The position numbers and the translations under genes were made by a program. A stretch of DNA of 53,073 nucleotides, from positions 1-53,073 of the forward strand of contig JAZDIV010000046.1 in assembly GCA_043804695.1 (NCBI GenBank). Direction: 5' to 3'. Shown in pieces: positions 8,754-17,550 of this stretch (its first letter is position 1; each line of letters opens with the position of its first letter). The notes under the pieces were generated by a model. That model was not told the origin of the DNA, did not search any database, and saw only the letters and a list, made by a program, of their open reading frames with translations. This stretch comes from PVC group bacterium. Its GTDB lineage: Bacteria; Auribacterota; Erginobacteria; Erginobacterales; Erginobacteraceae.

Positions 8754-10301
8754 ATGGGCGGAAGGTTTATTATTATTGTGAGAGGATTGAAAAATATTTA
8801 CAATCCGCCGTTTTGCGGGGGGAGATACATTCTCACGCCGCCGCCGCCAAAAACGCCCCGGATCAACGGTCCGGCCGTGTTCGGCGTCCGGCCGGGGGCG
8901 CCTTTTCTTTTTACCATCCCAGCCAGCGGCGAACGCCCGATGAGTTTTTCGGCAAAAGGGCTGCTCAAGGGACTGAGAGTTGACGAAAACACCGGGCGGA
9001 TCACCGGCCGGATTGAGTCTGTAGAGAAAAAAAGCTCCGCCGTTACACTCCGGGCCTTCAACCGTCACGGCCGGGCGGAGAAAAGGCTCAGGATCGCCGT
9101 CGGCGACGACGTCTGCCTGACCCCGCCGCTGGGCTGGAACAGCTGGAATGCCTGGGGGCAGCGGATTGATCGGGAAAAGGCGCTGGCCTCCGCCAGAGCG
9201 ATGGTGGAAAAAGGATTGATCAATCATGGCTGGACGTACGTCAATATCGACGACGGCTGGCAGGGCACGCGCGGTGGCCCGTACCACGCCATTCAGCCCG
9301 ATCCGGAGAAGTTTTCGGACATGGTGAAAATGTGCGATACCCTGCACTCCCTGGGGTTGAAGGCGGGGATATACTCAACGCCCTGGATCACGACCTACGC
9401 CGGCCGTGCCGGCGGTTCCAGCGACAGCCCCGCCGGGGTCTGGGAGGCGAAGAGAGACGGACGAAAGCAGAGGGTGTTCGGGAAATACGGATTTCATCGA
9501 CAAGATGCTCGCCAGTGGGCTGAATGGGGGATCGACTACCTCAAGTACGATTGGTATCCGAATGACCTCGTGAGTGTCCGGCGCATGGCTAAAGCCTTGA
9601 GGGAATGCGGGCGCGATATCGTCTATTCGATTTCAAGCCAGGCGCCCCTCAGGAACACCGGCACGGTCAGGAAGCATGCCAGCTGCTGGCGGACCACGGG
9701 CGATCTCAAGGACCGATGGAATGCCGCGGGGCCCGGTTTGAATATGGTGGAGGTCTGGAACCGGCACCGCGAATGGCTGGAAAAAGGCGGCGGGGGCGGG
9801 CCGGGACATTTCCCTGACGCCGACATGCTGGTGGTGGGCCCGGTTATTGAAGACAACGCTTCCGAGACGCCGCGCCCCTCCCGTCTGACCCCCGACGAGC
9901 AGTACACCCACATCTCGCTCTGGGCGCTGTGGTCATCTCCGATGCTGATCGGCTGCCCCGTTGAGATGATGGACGAGTTCACGGTCGGGCTTCTGATCAA
10001 CGATGAGGTCCTGGCGGTGCATCAGGACCCGGCCGGCTTCCCGGGGAAGACGGTCTTTAACGAGGATAATAGTGAGATCATCGTTAAAAAACTGTCCGAC
10101 GGCTCGGTCGCCTGTGGCCTTTTCAACCGTCACGATGAGGCGCGGATGGTGACGGCCGGATGGGACCTAATCGGGCTGTCCGGAGAGCGGCGCCTGCGCG
10201 ATATCTGGCGTCAAAAAGACATCGGAACTTATGACCGGCGTTTCTCCGCCAGAGTCCGCCCCCACGGAACGATTTTAATCAGAGCGATGAGGGCAAATTA
10301 A
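8754..10301 (+). CDS. GH27 alpha-galactosidase-like glycosidase with N-terminal putative Ig domain
   Basis: TPPLGWNSWN, NIDDGWQG, IDYLKYDW, WRTTGD, DADMLVVG. Start moved to the ATG downstream of the promoter and remains uncertain. Confidence 0.9.
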   Translation: MGGRFIIIVRGLKNIYNPPFCGGRYILTPPPPKTPRINGPAVFGVRPGAPFLFTIPASGERPMSFSAKGLLKGLRVDENTGRITGRIESVEKKSSAVTLRAFNRHGRAEKRLRIAVGDDVCLTPPLGWNSWNAWGQRIDREKALASARAMVEKGLINHGWTYVNIDDGWQGTRGGPYHAIQPDPEKFSDMVKMCDTLHSLGLKAGIYSTPWITTYAGRAGGSSDSPAGVWEAKRDGRKQRVFGKYGFHRQDARQWAEWGIDYLKYDWYPNDLVSVRRMAKALRECGRDIVYSISSQAPLRNTGTVRKHASCWRTTGDLKDRWNAAGPGLNMVEVWNRHREWLEKGGGGGPGHFPDADMLVVGPVIEDNASETPRPSRLTPDEQYTHISLWALWSSPMLIGCPVEMMDEFTVGLLINDEVLAVHQDPAGFPGKTVFNEDNSEIIVKKLSDGSVACGLFNRHDEARMVTAGWDLIGLSGERRLRDIWRQKDIGTYDRRFSARVRPHGTILIRAMRAN

Positions 10302-10536
10302 GCACGTTGGCTTTACAACGGTGGGAATGGAAGTTGGCGCGAAGCGCTAACTTGCTGCTTCGGAATTTCAATAATCTTATTTTTCCTCCGGAAAAATAAG
10401 AATGTGCAAGCATTGAACCGAGATTACAGGGATATTTTAAAGAAAATTCGTGTAATTCGCGTAATTCGTAGTTTTAATAAGTTGCCCGAACGAAGTGAGG
10501 GCTAAGTTCTCAGGTTCTCGGGATGGTTGATCCGGC

Positions 10537-10565
10537 TTGACTCAAACGGTCAGGGGAGATATACT
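10537..10565 (+). promoter_or_regulatory. Sigma-70 promoter for pgi
   Basis: TTGACT-17 bp-TATACT. Confidence 0.75.
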
Positions 10566-10608
10566 ATTACCGGTGAGTCACGGAAAAATTTATGACGGGG
10601 TATGTGAC

Positions 10609-12246
10609 ATGAAGCGCACGGGTTTGACGGAATTGCCGCAGTGGAAAGATCTGGAGAAGCATTATCGGAAGATCAGGGGCCTTCACCTGCGCTCGCTCTT
10701 CCGGGATGATCCGGATCGGGTGGCCCGGTTCTCCCTGACCGCGGGGGACCTTTTCCTCGACTACAGCAGGAACCGGATCACCGAAGAGACGATGCGGCTT
10801 CTTGTCGGCCTGGCCGATGCGGCCGGTCTGCGGGAGGCGATCGACGCCATGTTCCGGGGGGAGAAGATCAACCGAACCGAGAACCGGGCCGTTCTTCACG
10901 TCGCTCTCCGGGCGCCCGATGACCGGTCGATCGTGGTGGACGGGAAGGACGTGGTCCCCGGCGTTTACCGGGTATTCGCCCAGATGGCCGCCTTTGCCCG
11001 GAAGGTGCGCTCGGGCGAATGGAAAGGGTACACCGGCAAATCGATCCGGAACGTGATCAACATCGGGATCGGGGGGTCCGATCTGGGGCCGGCGATGGCG
11101 GCCGCGGCCCTCAAGTTCTACGCCGACCCGAAGCTGGACGTCCGGTTCATCTCCAACGTGGACGGGACCCACTTCGCGGAGTCGGTAAAAGGTCTCGACC
11201 CCGCCGAGACCCTGTTCGTGATCTGCTCCAAGACCTTCACCACCCAGGAGACGTTGACCAATGCCCGCAGCGCCCGCGACTGGTGTTTGGGATCCCTGGG
11301 CTCGGAGCGGGCGGTGGCGGCGCATTTCGTGGCGGTCTCGACCAACGGCCGGGAGGTGACCGCGTTCGGGATCGACATCAAGAACATGTTCGAGTTCTGG
11401 GATTGGGTCGGCGGACGGTATTCCCTCTGCTCGGCGATCGGGCTGGCGCTGATGATCGCGATCGGGCCGGGGCATTTCGGGGAGATGCTGGCGGGATTCC
11501 GCCTGATAGATCATCATTTTTACCACGCCGCTTTTACTGCCAACATGCCGGTGATCCTGGCGCTCCTGGGGATCTGGTACAACAATTTCTTCGATGCCCA
11601 GAGCTACGCGGTGCTCCCCTACGACCAGTACCTGAGCCGGTTCCCGGCTTATCTCCAGCAGCTGGACATGGAGAGCAACGGCAAATCAGTCGACCGGGAG
11701 GGGCGCCGGGTGAACTACCAGACCGGCCCCGTTGTCTGGGGCGAGGCGGGGACCAACGGCCAGCACGCCTTCTACCAGCTGATCCACCAGGGGACGAAGC
11801 TGGTCCCGGCCGACTTTATCGGCTTCTGCCGGTCGCACAATCCCCTCCGCGATCACCATCAGAAGCTCCTGGCCAACTTCATCGCCCAGCCGGAGGCCCT
11901 CGCCTTCGGGAAGACCCCGGAAGAGGTCCGGGCGGAAGGAGTCGCTGAGGAACTGGTGCCTTTCAAGACCTTCGAGGGGAACAAGCCGACCAACACCATC
12001 CTGGCCGAAAAGCTGACGCCGTCGGTGCTGGGGCAGCTGATCGCTCTTTACGAGCACAAGATCTTCGTCCAGGGACAGGTCTGGAACATCTACTCCTTCG
12101 ATCAATGGGGGGTCGAGCTGGGAAAGGTCCTGGCAAAAAAGGTTCTGGCCGAGCTGTCCGCGCCGGCGGAGCCGGTCCTCGATCACGACTCGGCCACCAA
12201 CGAGATCATCCGACGGGTGAGAGAGGAGGGAGGGGAGAGGGGATAG
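10609..12246 (+). CDS. pgi: Glucose-6-phosphate isomerase
   Basis: [63 protein letters not shown]. Confidence 0.98.
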   Translation: MKRTGLTELPQWKDLEKHYRKIRGLHLRSLFRDDPDRVARFSLTAGDLFLDYSRNRITEETMRLLVGLADAAGLREAIDAMFRGEKINRTENRAVLHVALRAPDDRSIVVDGKDVVPGVYRVFAQMAAFARKVRSGEWKGYTGKSIRNVINIGIGGSDLGPAMAAAALKFYADPKLDVRFISNVDGTHFAESVKGLDPAETLFVICSKTFTTQETLTNARSARDWCLGSLGSERAVAAHFVAVSTNGREVTAFGIDIKNMFEFWDWVGGRYSLCSAIGLALMIAIGPGHFGEMLAGFRLIDHHFYHAAFTANMPVILALLGIWYNNFFDAQSYAVLPYDQYLSRFPAYLQQLDMESNGKSVDREGRRVNYQTGPVVWGEAGTNGQHAFYQLIHQGTKLVPADFIGFCRSHNPLRDHHQKLLANFIAQPEALAFGKTPEEVRAEGVAEELVPFKTFEGNKPTNTILAEKLTPSVLGQLIALYEHKIFVQGQVWNIYSFDQWGVELGKVLAKKVLAELSAPAEPVLDHDSATNEIIRRVREEGGERG

Positions 12247-12526
12247 GTACCTGCGCGAGCAATGTAGTGTTTCGTAATTTTCAGCCTGAGGCTGATGCGC
12301 CTCTGGCACACAATAATCTGATTTTTTCTTCGAAAAAATCAGAGCGGTTTATCTCAAGCCAACAGAAAAATCATATCCCGGAAGACAAATGGTGGCTGAT
12401 GGTGGAAAGGCTTTTGTATGTTATTGCCTCGGTGAAAGTATTTTAATGAACCAACAGACCCGACGAAGTCGGGTCCAATATTACGTAGCGCCGAAGGCGC
12501 TAATTAATAACAGGGAGGTGTTGGTC

Positions 12527-13852
12527 ATGAAGAAGACGTCGTTGTTCGTATTGGCGGCCATGTGGGCCGTGTTGGCGGGCGCTGTTTCCGGCCAGACGCC
12601 CGATATCCAGGGGCTGATCGATGCGGCGGTTCCCGGCGAGGTTATTTCCGTTCCCGCCGGAACCTACCAGGTCAACCTGATTGTAAAAGAAGGGGTCATC
12701 CTGGAAGGCGCGGGCGCCGAGGTGACTCTCCTCGACGGTGGCGGAAAAGGCCCGGTTATCGTGGGGGAGACCGGGAGCATCGTCAAGGGGTTCACCATCA
12801 CCAACGGGATTGAAGGGGTGAAGCTCTCCGGCAGTTTGATGGGAGTCTTTGAGAACGTCATCACCGCGAACAGGGGAAGCGGGATCCGCTCCGGAGGAGG
12901 GGACTGCGTCATCGTCAACAATAGCATCTGCCGGAACCAGGGGCCGGCCGGGATCGATGTCGCCCGTTCCGAGGTTCTGGCGGCGAATAACAACATCTGC
13001 GGAGAAAATGCGGGGTTTCTGTTCTGGGAATCGCCGAACTCCACGGTCGTGAATAACGTGATCGCGTTCTCTGAGGTGGGATTGCTCCGGGACGATAAGT
13101 CCGCGCCGGACATTGATAACAACATTTTCTGGGAGAACGGGGTTGATTTCACCCTTCCCCCGCTGGAGGGGGAAAATTATTTTCAGGACCCGATCCTCCT
13201 GGCGGGGGAAGACGGGGTCTGCCGTTTGGCGGCCGACTCGCCGGCCGCGGAATGGGGCGTCCCGGTTGAAGGTTTGCCGGAAGAGCTGACCGGCGGCATC
13301 GGGGCCGGTATCTCGGGCAGCGTGCCGCTCGAGGTCTACCGGGGAATCATGGAAACCGTCCGGGCCAGGATTCTCGGGTACCAGCCGCTGGTCGAGTACG
13401 AGCTGCTGGAAGAGATAGGGAGATTCGGCGTTGCCACCTCATTCTCGCAGCCGGATTTCACCGTCGGCTCCTCCACTCTCGCCACCGCGATCGAGGAGAT
13501 CGCGGCCTTCGATCGGGAAAGCCTCGACCCGCTGATCGAGCGGCTGGTGCCGAACGAGCCGCCCGCAGTAGAGGTGCGGAGTTGTGACGGGATCGTTTAC
13601 CCCCGGGAAAAGGACCGCTACGCCATGGAGAGCGTCTTCGTCAAGCCGGAGTCCTATTACGTTTCCCCGGACGGACGCCTCCATTTTGTCCGCGAGACCT
13701 CTTTCCCCCGGATCCGGATCGTTCTCCCGGAAAGATACACCGTGGAGAGCCTTTTCCCGGAAGGGGAGATTGATGCCGAAACAGGGGTCGTCTCGATCGC
13801 CCGCCCCGACGGGGGCATGACCGAGATCAATCTGGTCCTCTCCCCGCTCTAA
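12527..13852 (+). CDS. Secreted right-handed parallel beta-helix (NosD/pectin-lyase-like) protein
   Basis: GGAGG RBS, signal peptide MKKTSLFVLAAMWAVLAGAVSG, IQGLIDAA..G..I.VPAGTY start, repeated NN.I..N strands. C-terminal part not recognised. Confidence 0.8.
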   Translation: MKKTSLFVLAAMWAVLAGAVSGQTPDIQGLIDAAVPGEVISVPAGTYQVNLIVKEGVILEGAGAEVTLLDGGGKGPVIVGETGSIVKGFTITNGIEGVKLSGSLMGVFENVITANRGSGIRSGGGDCVIVNNSICRNQGPAGIDVARSEVLAANNNICGENAGFLFWESPNSTVVNNVIAFSEVGLLRDDKSAPDIDNNIFWENGVDFTLPPLEGENYFQDPILLAGEDGVCRLAADSPAAEWGVPVEGLPEELTGGIGAGISGSVPLEVYRGIMETVRARILGYQPLVEYELLEEIGRFGVATSFSQPDFTVGSSTLATAIEEIAAFDRESLDPLIERLVPNEPPAVEVRSCDGIVYPREKDRYAMESVFVKPESYYVSPDGRLHFVRETSFPRIRIVLPERYTVESLFPEGEIDAETGVVSIARPDGGMTEINLVLSPL

Positions 13853-13865
13853 ATTAAAACTAATA

Positions 13866-13968
13866 ACCACAGAGGCACAGAGAAAAGAGAATATCGAACA
13901 CCGAATATCGAATGTCGAAGGAAAAGCATTCGTAATTCGATATTCGGTGTTCGATATTCGATATTTGC
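13866..13968. repeat. Inverted heptamer short-tandem-repeat block
   Basis: AATATCG/AACACCG runs followed by complementary CGATATT/CGGTGTT runs. Confidence 0.8.
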
Positions 13969-13994
13969 TTTTCCCCTGGTTTCGATAAGCCATT

Positions 13995-14891
13995 GTGAAT
14001 CGTTTCGATGTAGTAGGAATCGGTCGTAACTGTATCGATTACCTCGCGCTGGTTTCTTCCCTTCCTCCCCCCGACAGTAAAGTCCCGATGAAGGAGTACC
14101 GGGTGGTCGGCGGCGGCCAGGCCACCACCGCCCTGGCCGCCCTCTCCCGGCTGGGCCTGAAAACCGCCTATGTGGGCGTGGTGGGGGATGACGATGGCGG
14201 AAGGCTGGTCCTGGAGGGGCTGCGGGAGATGGGGGTGGACGTCTCCGGTGTGGTGGTGGAGAAGGGGGGAGCGACCCCGATCGCCCTGATCTTTGTGGAT
14301 GAGCAGGCCGGCACCCGGACCATCGCCTACCAGCCCACGTCCCCCGGCCGGTTATCCATCTCCTCGGTTGACCTGAACCTGATCCTCTCCGCCCGCTGCC
14401 TGATGGTCGATCCCCACGAGACGCTCTTCGGTCTGGAGGTGAGTAAAGAGGCCCGGAAACGCGGGATCCCGATTATCTACGATGCTGAGCACCTGACCGG
14501 GGGTTTCTATGAGATGCTGGCCGCCGCCGACTATGTGGTCGGCTCCGAAGATGTCGTCCAAACCCTGAAAGCGGCCGGCCCGGAGGAAGCTCTAAAGAAA
14601 CTGCTCTCCGCCGGGCCGACGGCGGCCGTGATCACGCTTGGCGCCCGGGGGGCGATCGCCCTGACACCGGAGGGATACGTCCGGAGCTCGGCCTTCCGGA
14701 TCGAAGTGGTCGATACCACCGCCGCCGGCGACGCCTTCCACGCTGGCTTCGCCTACTCGGTGCTGCAGGGCTGGGGGATGGAGAAGACCCTTGAATTCTC
14801 CAACGCCCTGGGCGCCCTGGTCTGCCGGGGTCTGGGGGGGAGGGAGACTCTGCCCACACTCGATGAAGTTTTTAATTTTTTAAGCTGGTAG
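13995..14891 (+). CDS. PfkB/ribokinase-family carbohydrate kinase
   Basis: GGGQATTALAALSRLG, VGDDDGG, VITLGARG, VVDTTAAGDAF. Confidence 0.93.
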   Translation: MNRFDVVGIGRNCIDYLALVSSLPPPDSKVPMKEYRVVGGGQATTALAALSRLGLKTAYVGVVGDDDGGRLVLEGLREMGVDVSGVVVEKGGATPIALIFVDEQAGTRTIAYQPTSPGRLSISSVDLNLILSARCLMVDPHETLFGLEVSKEARKRGIPIIYDAEHLTGGFYEMLAAADYVVGSEDVVQTLKAAGPEEALKKLLSAGPTAAVITLGARGAIALTPEGYVRSSAFRIEVVDTTAAGDAFHAGFAYSVLQGWGMEKTLEFSNALGALVCRGLGGRETLPTLDEVFNFLSW

Positions 14892-14906
14892 TTCATGATG
14901 AAGTAC

Positions 14907-14963
14907 TTGGGGTCAGACCTTGGGTATTGCTTGGATACTTAGATAAACAAGGTCTGACCCCAA
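14907..14963. repeat. GGGGTCAGACC-type REP hairpin
   Basis: Perfect 16-bp arms TTGGGGTCAGACCTTG / CAAGGTCTGACCCCAA. A matching 19-bp half-site lies at 20764-20782. Confidence 0.85.
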
Positions 14964-15137
14964 TCCCATGTCGTATTCGGGCACTTGGCGACCGGCGAGA
15001 GGGGAGTCTGCAATCTGCTGGGAGCGGCGAGTGAGGCGATCGACCATACGGAGGGCATACTTCCGGGAATCCCGAGCGATGTAGGCATGAATTGCGTCGA
15101 GATGGCCTTCCGCCGTTTCTGTCCAGTGAACCTTCAT
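14964..15137 (-). pseudogene. RelE/ParE family toxin, 3'-truncated
   Basis: MKVHWTETAEGHLDAIHAYIARDS...GRQVPEY is a ParE N-terminal part. The expected YRIIY...V.H end is replaced by the REP hairpin. Confidence 0.8.
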
Positions 15138-15322
15138 TCGGCAAGGCCGTACTTTGCCCGGACTTCTTTTACGTCACGGGTGTGGCCGGCGTTGCTGTCA
15201 GCCATGCCCTTCTCAATAACCTCGCGCACGTAGATCTCGTGCATAAGGTCATCCCAGGTGGCATTTTGAGGCATCTGATCGATCAGCTTATGCGCTTCTT
15301 CTTTCTGCATCATGCTTCCCAT
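15134..15322 (-). CDS. Small antitoxin of the ParE module
   Basis: AGGAG RBS, 62 aa, LIDQMP.NATWDDLMHEIYVREVIEKGMAD, ATGA overlap with the toxin. Confidence 0.8.
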   Translation of the reverse strand: MGSMMQKEEAHKLIDQMPQNATWDDLMHEIYVREVIEKGMADSNAGHTRDVKEVRAKYGLAE

Positions 15323-15734
15323 TGTTCCGTCTCCTATTATTTTACAGGGATAGAATAACCGAAAGCCCGAAGTAAATCAATATCCCCGGCGCTGAACGAT
15401 AAATTGTACCGAAGTTTTCTTTTATATTTCAGCAAAAAGATTCCGACAGGGCAAGACAAGTTTTGGCGGGAGAAAATCGGGGTCAAACTTCGAGGGGCTG
15501 TCCGACAACCCGCAACAACGAATGGAAAACGCACTTTGCTGGTAGTAGCAGCCTTCCAGCCCTTCGTGTCCTGTAAGCGGATTTCGTATTTTCTCGGCCT
15601 GGTTGCTTTATTCACAATCTGATATTATGTGCACGTAGAATTAAAGCCTCGGCCGATCGGGAAGAAAAACAGAGTGTTACAGGCTTTATGATTCCCTTAT
15701 TTTAAATAGTTCACACACAATAAATCAGGGTTCT

Positions 15735-16490
15735 ATGTCGGACATAATCTCCATTCATTCTTTTCGCGGCGGCACGGGGAAATCGAACATTTCCGCCAAC
15801 CTGGCGGCGCTGTACGCCATGGACGGGTTGCGGGTCGGGGTGGTCGATACGGATATTCAGTCACCCGGCATTCACGTGCTTTTCGGCGTTGCCGAGGAAG
15901 CGATTGCTTATTCCTTGAATGATTATCTATGGGGCAGATGTACGATTGAGCAAACCGCCCGCGATGTCACCGACGCTCTCAAGGCGCCGGTCGCCGGCGC
16001 CGTTTACCTGATTCCTTCCAGCGCTAACGCGGCGGACATCGCGCGGGTACTTCGTGACGGCTATGACGTCAATCTCTTGAGCGATGGTTTCCGCGAGCTG
16101 ATCGCGGCGCTCAAACTCGACGTGCTGATTATCGATACCCACCCCGGCCTGAACGAGGAGACGCTGCTTTCCATCGCCGTTTCCAACGCCTTGCTGATAA
16201 TCATGCGTCCCGATTATCAGGATTACCAGGGGACGAGCCTGACCGTGGAAGTCGCCCGGGAACTCGAGGTTCCTCGAATGATGATCCTGGTCAACAAGAT
16301 GCCGGCGACGTTCGATAAAGAGCAGATCCGCCGGACGATCACCGATGCCTATAACTGCCCGATAACCGCGATCCTCCCCCATTCCGATGAAATGATGTCG
16401 CTCGCCAGCCATGAAATTTTTGCGGTTCGCTGGCCGGAGCATCCCATTGTCAGCGATCTGAAGATCGTGGCGAGAGCGTTGATCGGCTGA
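15735..16490 (+). CDS. MinD/ParA-family P-loop ATPase
   Basis: Deviant Walker A SFRGGTGKS, VVDTDIQSPG, IIDTHPG, LVNK. Confidence 0.92.
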   Translation: MSDIISIHSFRGGTGKSNISANLAALYAMDGLRVGVVDTDIQSPGIHVLFGVAEEAIAYSLNDYLWGRCTIEQTARDVTDALKAPVAGAVYLIPSSANAADIARVLRDGYDVNLLSDGFRELIAALKLDVLIIDTHPGLNEETLLSIAVSNALLIIMRPDYQDYQGTSLTVEVARELEVPRMMILVNKMPATFDKEQIRRTITDAYNCPITAILPHSDEMMSLASHEIFAVRWPEHPIVSDLKIVARALIG

Positions 16491-16494
16491 AAGC

Positions 16495-17550
16495 ATGGAA
16501 AAGATCAAACAATCGATCGGGAAGATCTCGACGATCTGCGTCATTACGGGTTGCCTTTATGGGGTGGCGAACTTCCTGTCCGGCAAATTTTATCTGCCCG
16601 GTTGTTCCTTTGCCGAATTACGCCCGCAGGTGATCCTGCCGATGTTCATCGGGATAATGTTCGGCCCCGTCGCCGGTTTCGTCTGCGGCGGACTCGGGGA
16701 TATGTTCGGCTATTATATCGGCGGCAAGGGACTTTTATTCGCCCCCTATTGGAGCCTCGCCAACGGTCTGATGGGGCTGATCCCGGGAATGGCCCGTTAC
16801 CTGGGAGCGCGCACGATCGATTCCATCGGGTCATTCGTGAAATTGCTCGGCCTGCTGCTTCTGGCCTCCAGCCTGCCGTTTGCTTTCGCGACCGCGTTCG
16901 AGTTCCGGCTGGGGCATCTTCCCTTCCATGACGCCGTATTCCGCTTTTTCCTGCCGATCGTCATCACCGACACGCTCTGGGCGTTCACGCTGGTTCCTCT
17001 TTTTATGTACGTGTTTCGGTTGCTGATCGTGCGTATCGAGATGCGCACCATATTGACGGTGTATTATCTGCTCATCCTCACGGTCATGGCCACCTGGTTG
17101 AGCGACCTGGTCATCACCGGGGGCCGGGAAACGCAGGTGGAGGTTTTCTACACACTCGGGGCCGTTACACTGCTGGTTTTGATTGTCGGCCTGGCGGTTT
17201 CCGTAGTTTCCTCCAAAAAAATAACCGCGCCGGTAATCAATCTTACCGCGGTCGCGCGCCGCGTGGAGGACGGCGACTATTCCCGGACGGAAGAACTGCG
17301 GGGCATCATCAATCGTCCGGACGAGTTGGGCACCCTGGCCAAGGTCTTCTCCGGGATGATCCAGTCGGTAAAAAAACGTGAACATGATCTGCGGCACCAG
17401 CTGACCACGCTGGAAATCGAGATCGACCGCAAGAAACAAAGCGCCGAGCTGGAAAAAATCACCGGCTCGGATTATTTTAAAAAGCTTAAACAGAAAGCCG
17501 CCCATCTGCGTCGGCAGGCAACCGACGGCGAGGAGAAGGATTCGGCATGA
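16495..17550 (+). CDS. ECF S-component-like membrane domain fused to HAMP and a coiled-coil tail
   Basis: LRPQVILPMFIGIMFGPVAGFVCGGLG...WSLANGLMGLIPG (S-component-like), further TM helices, HAMP (ITAPVINL...RPDELGTLAKVFSGM), tail IEIDRKKQ...ITGSDYFKKL. Confidence 0.78.
   Translation: MEKIKQSIGKISTICVITGCLYGVANFLSGKFYLPGCSFAELRPQVILPMFIGIMFGPVAGFVCGGLGDMFGYYIGGKGLLFAPYWSLANGLMGLIPGMARYLGARTIDSIGSFVKLLGLLLLASSLPFAFATAFEFRLGHLPFHDAVFRFFLPIVITDTLWAFTLVPLFMYVFRLLIVRIEMRTILTVYYLLILTVMATWLSDLVITGGRETQVEVFYTLGAVTLLVLIVGLAVSVVSSKKITAPVINLTAVARRVEDGDYSRTEELRGIINRPDELGTLAKVFSGMIQSVKKREHDLRHQLTTLEIEIDRKKQSAELEKITGSDYFKKLKQKAAHLRRQATDGEEKDSA

Noticed and set aside
15440..15620. Riboswitch upstream of the MinD-like operon
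   Set aside because: An imperfect stem (CGAGGGGCTG / CAGCCCTTCG) is present, but no SAM, SAH or c-di-GMP consensus is recognisable. An Rfam scan would settle it.
15735..16490. Cell-division MinD or partition ParA
   Set aside because: No minC/minE or parB/parS nearby, no obvious C-terminal membrane-targeting helix, and Arg replaces the signature Lys.
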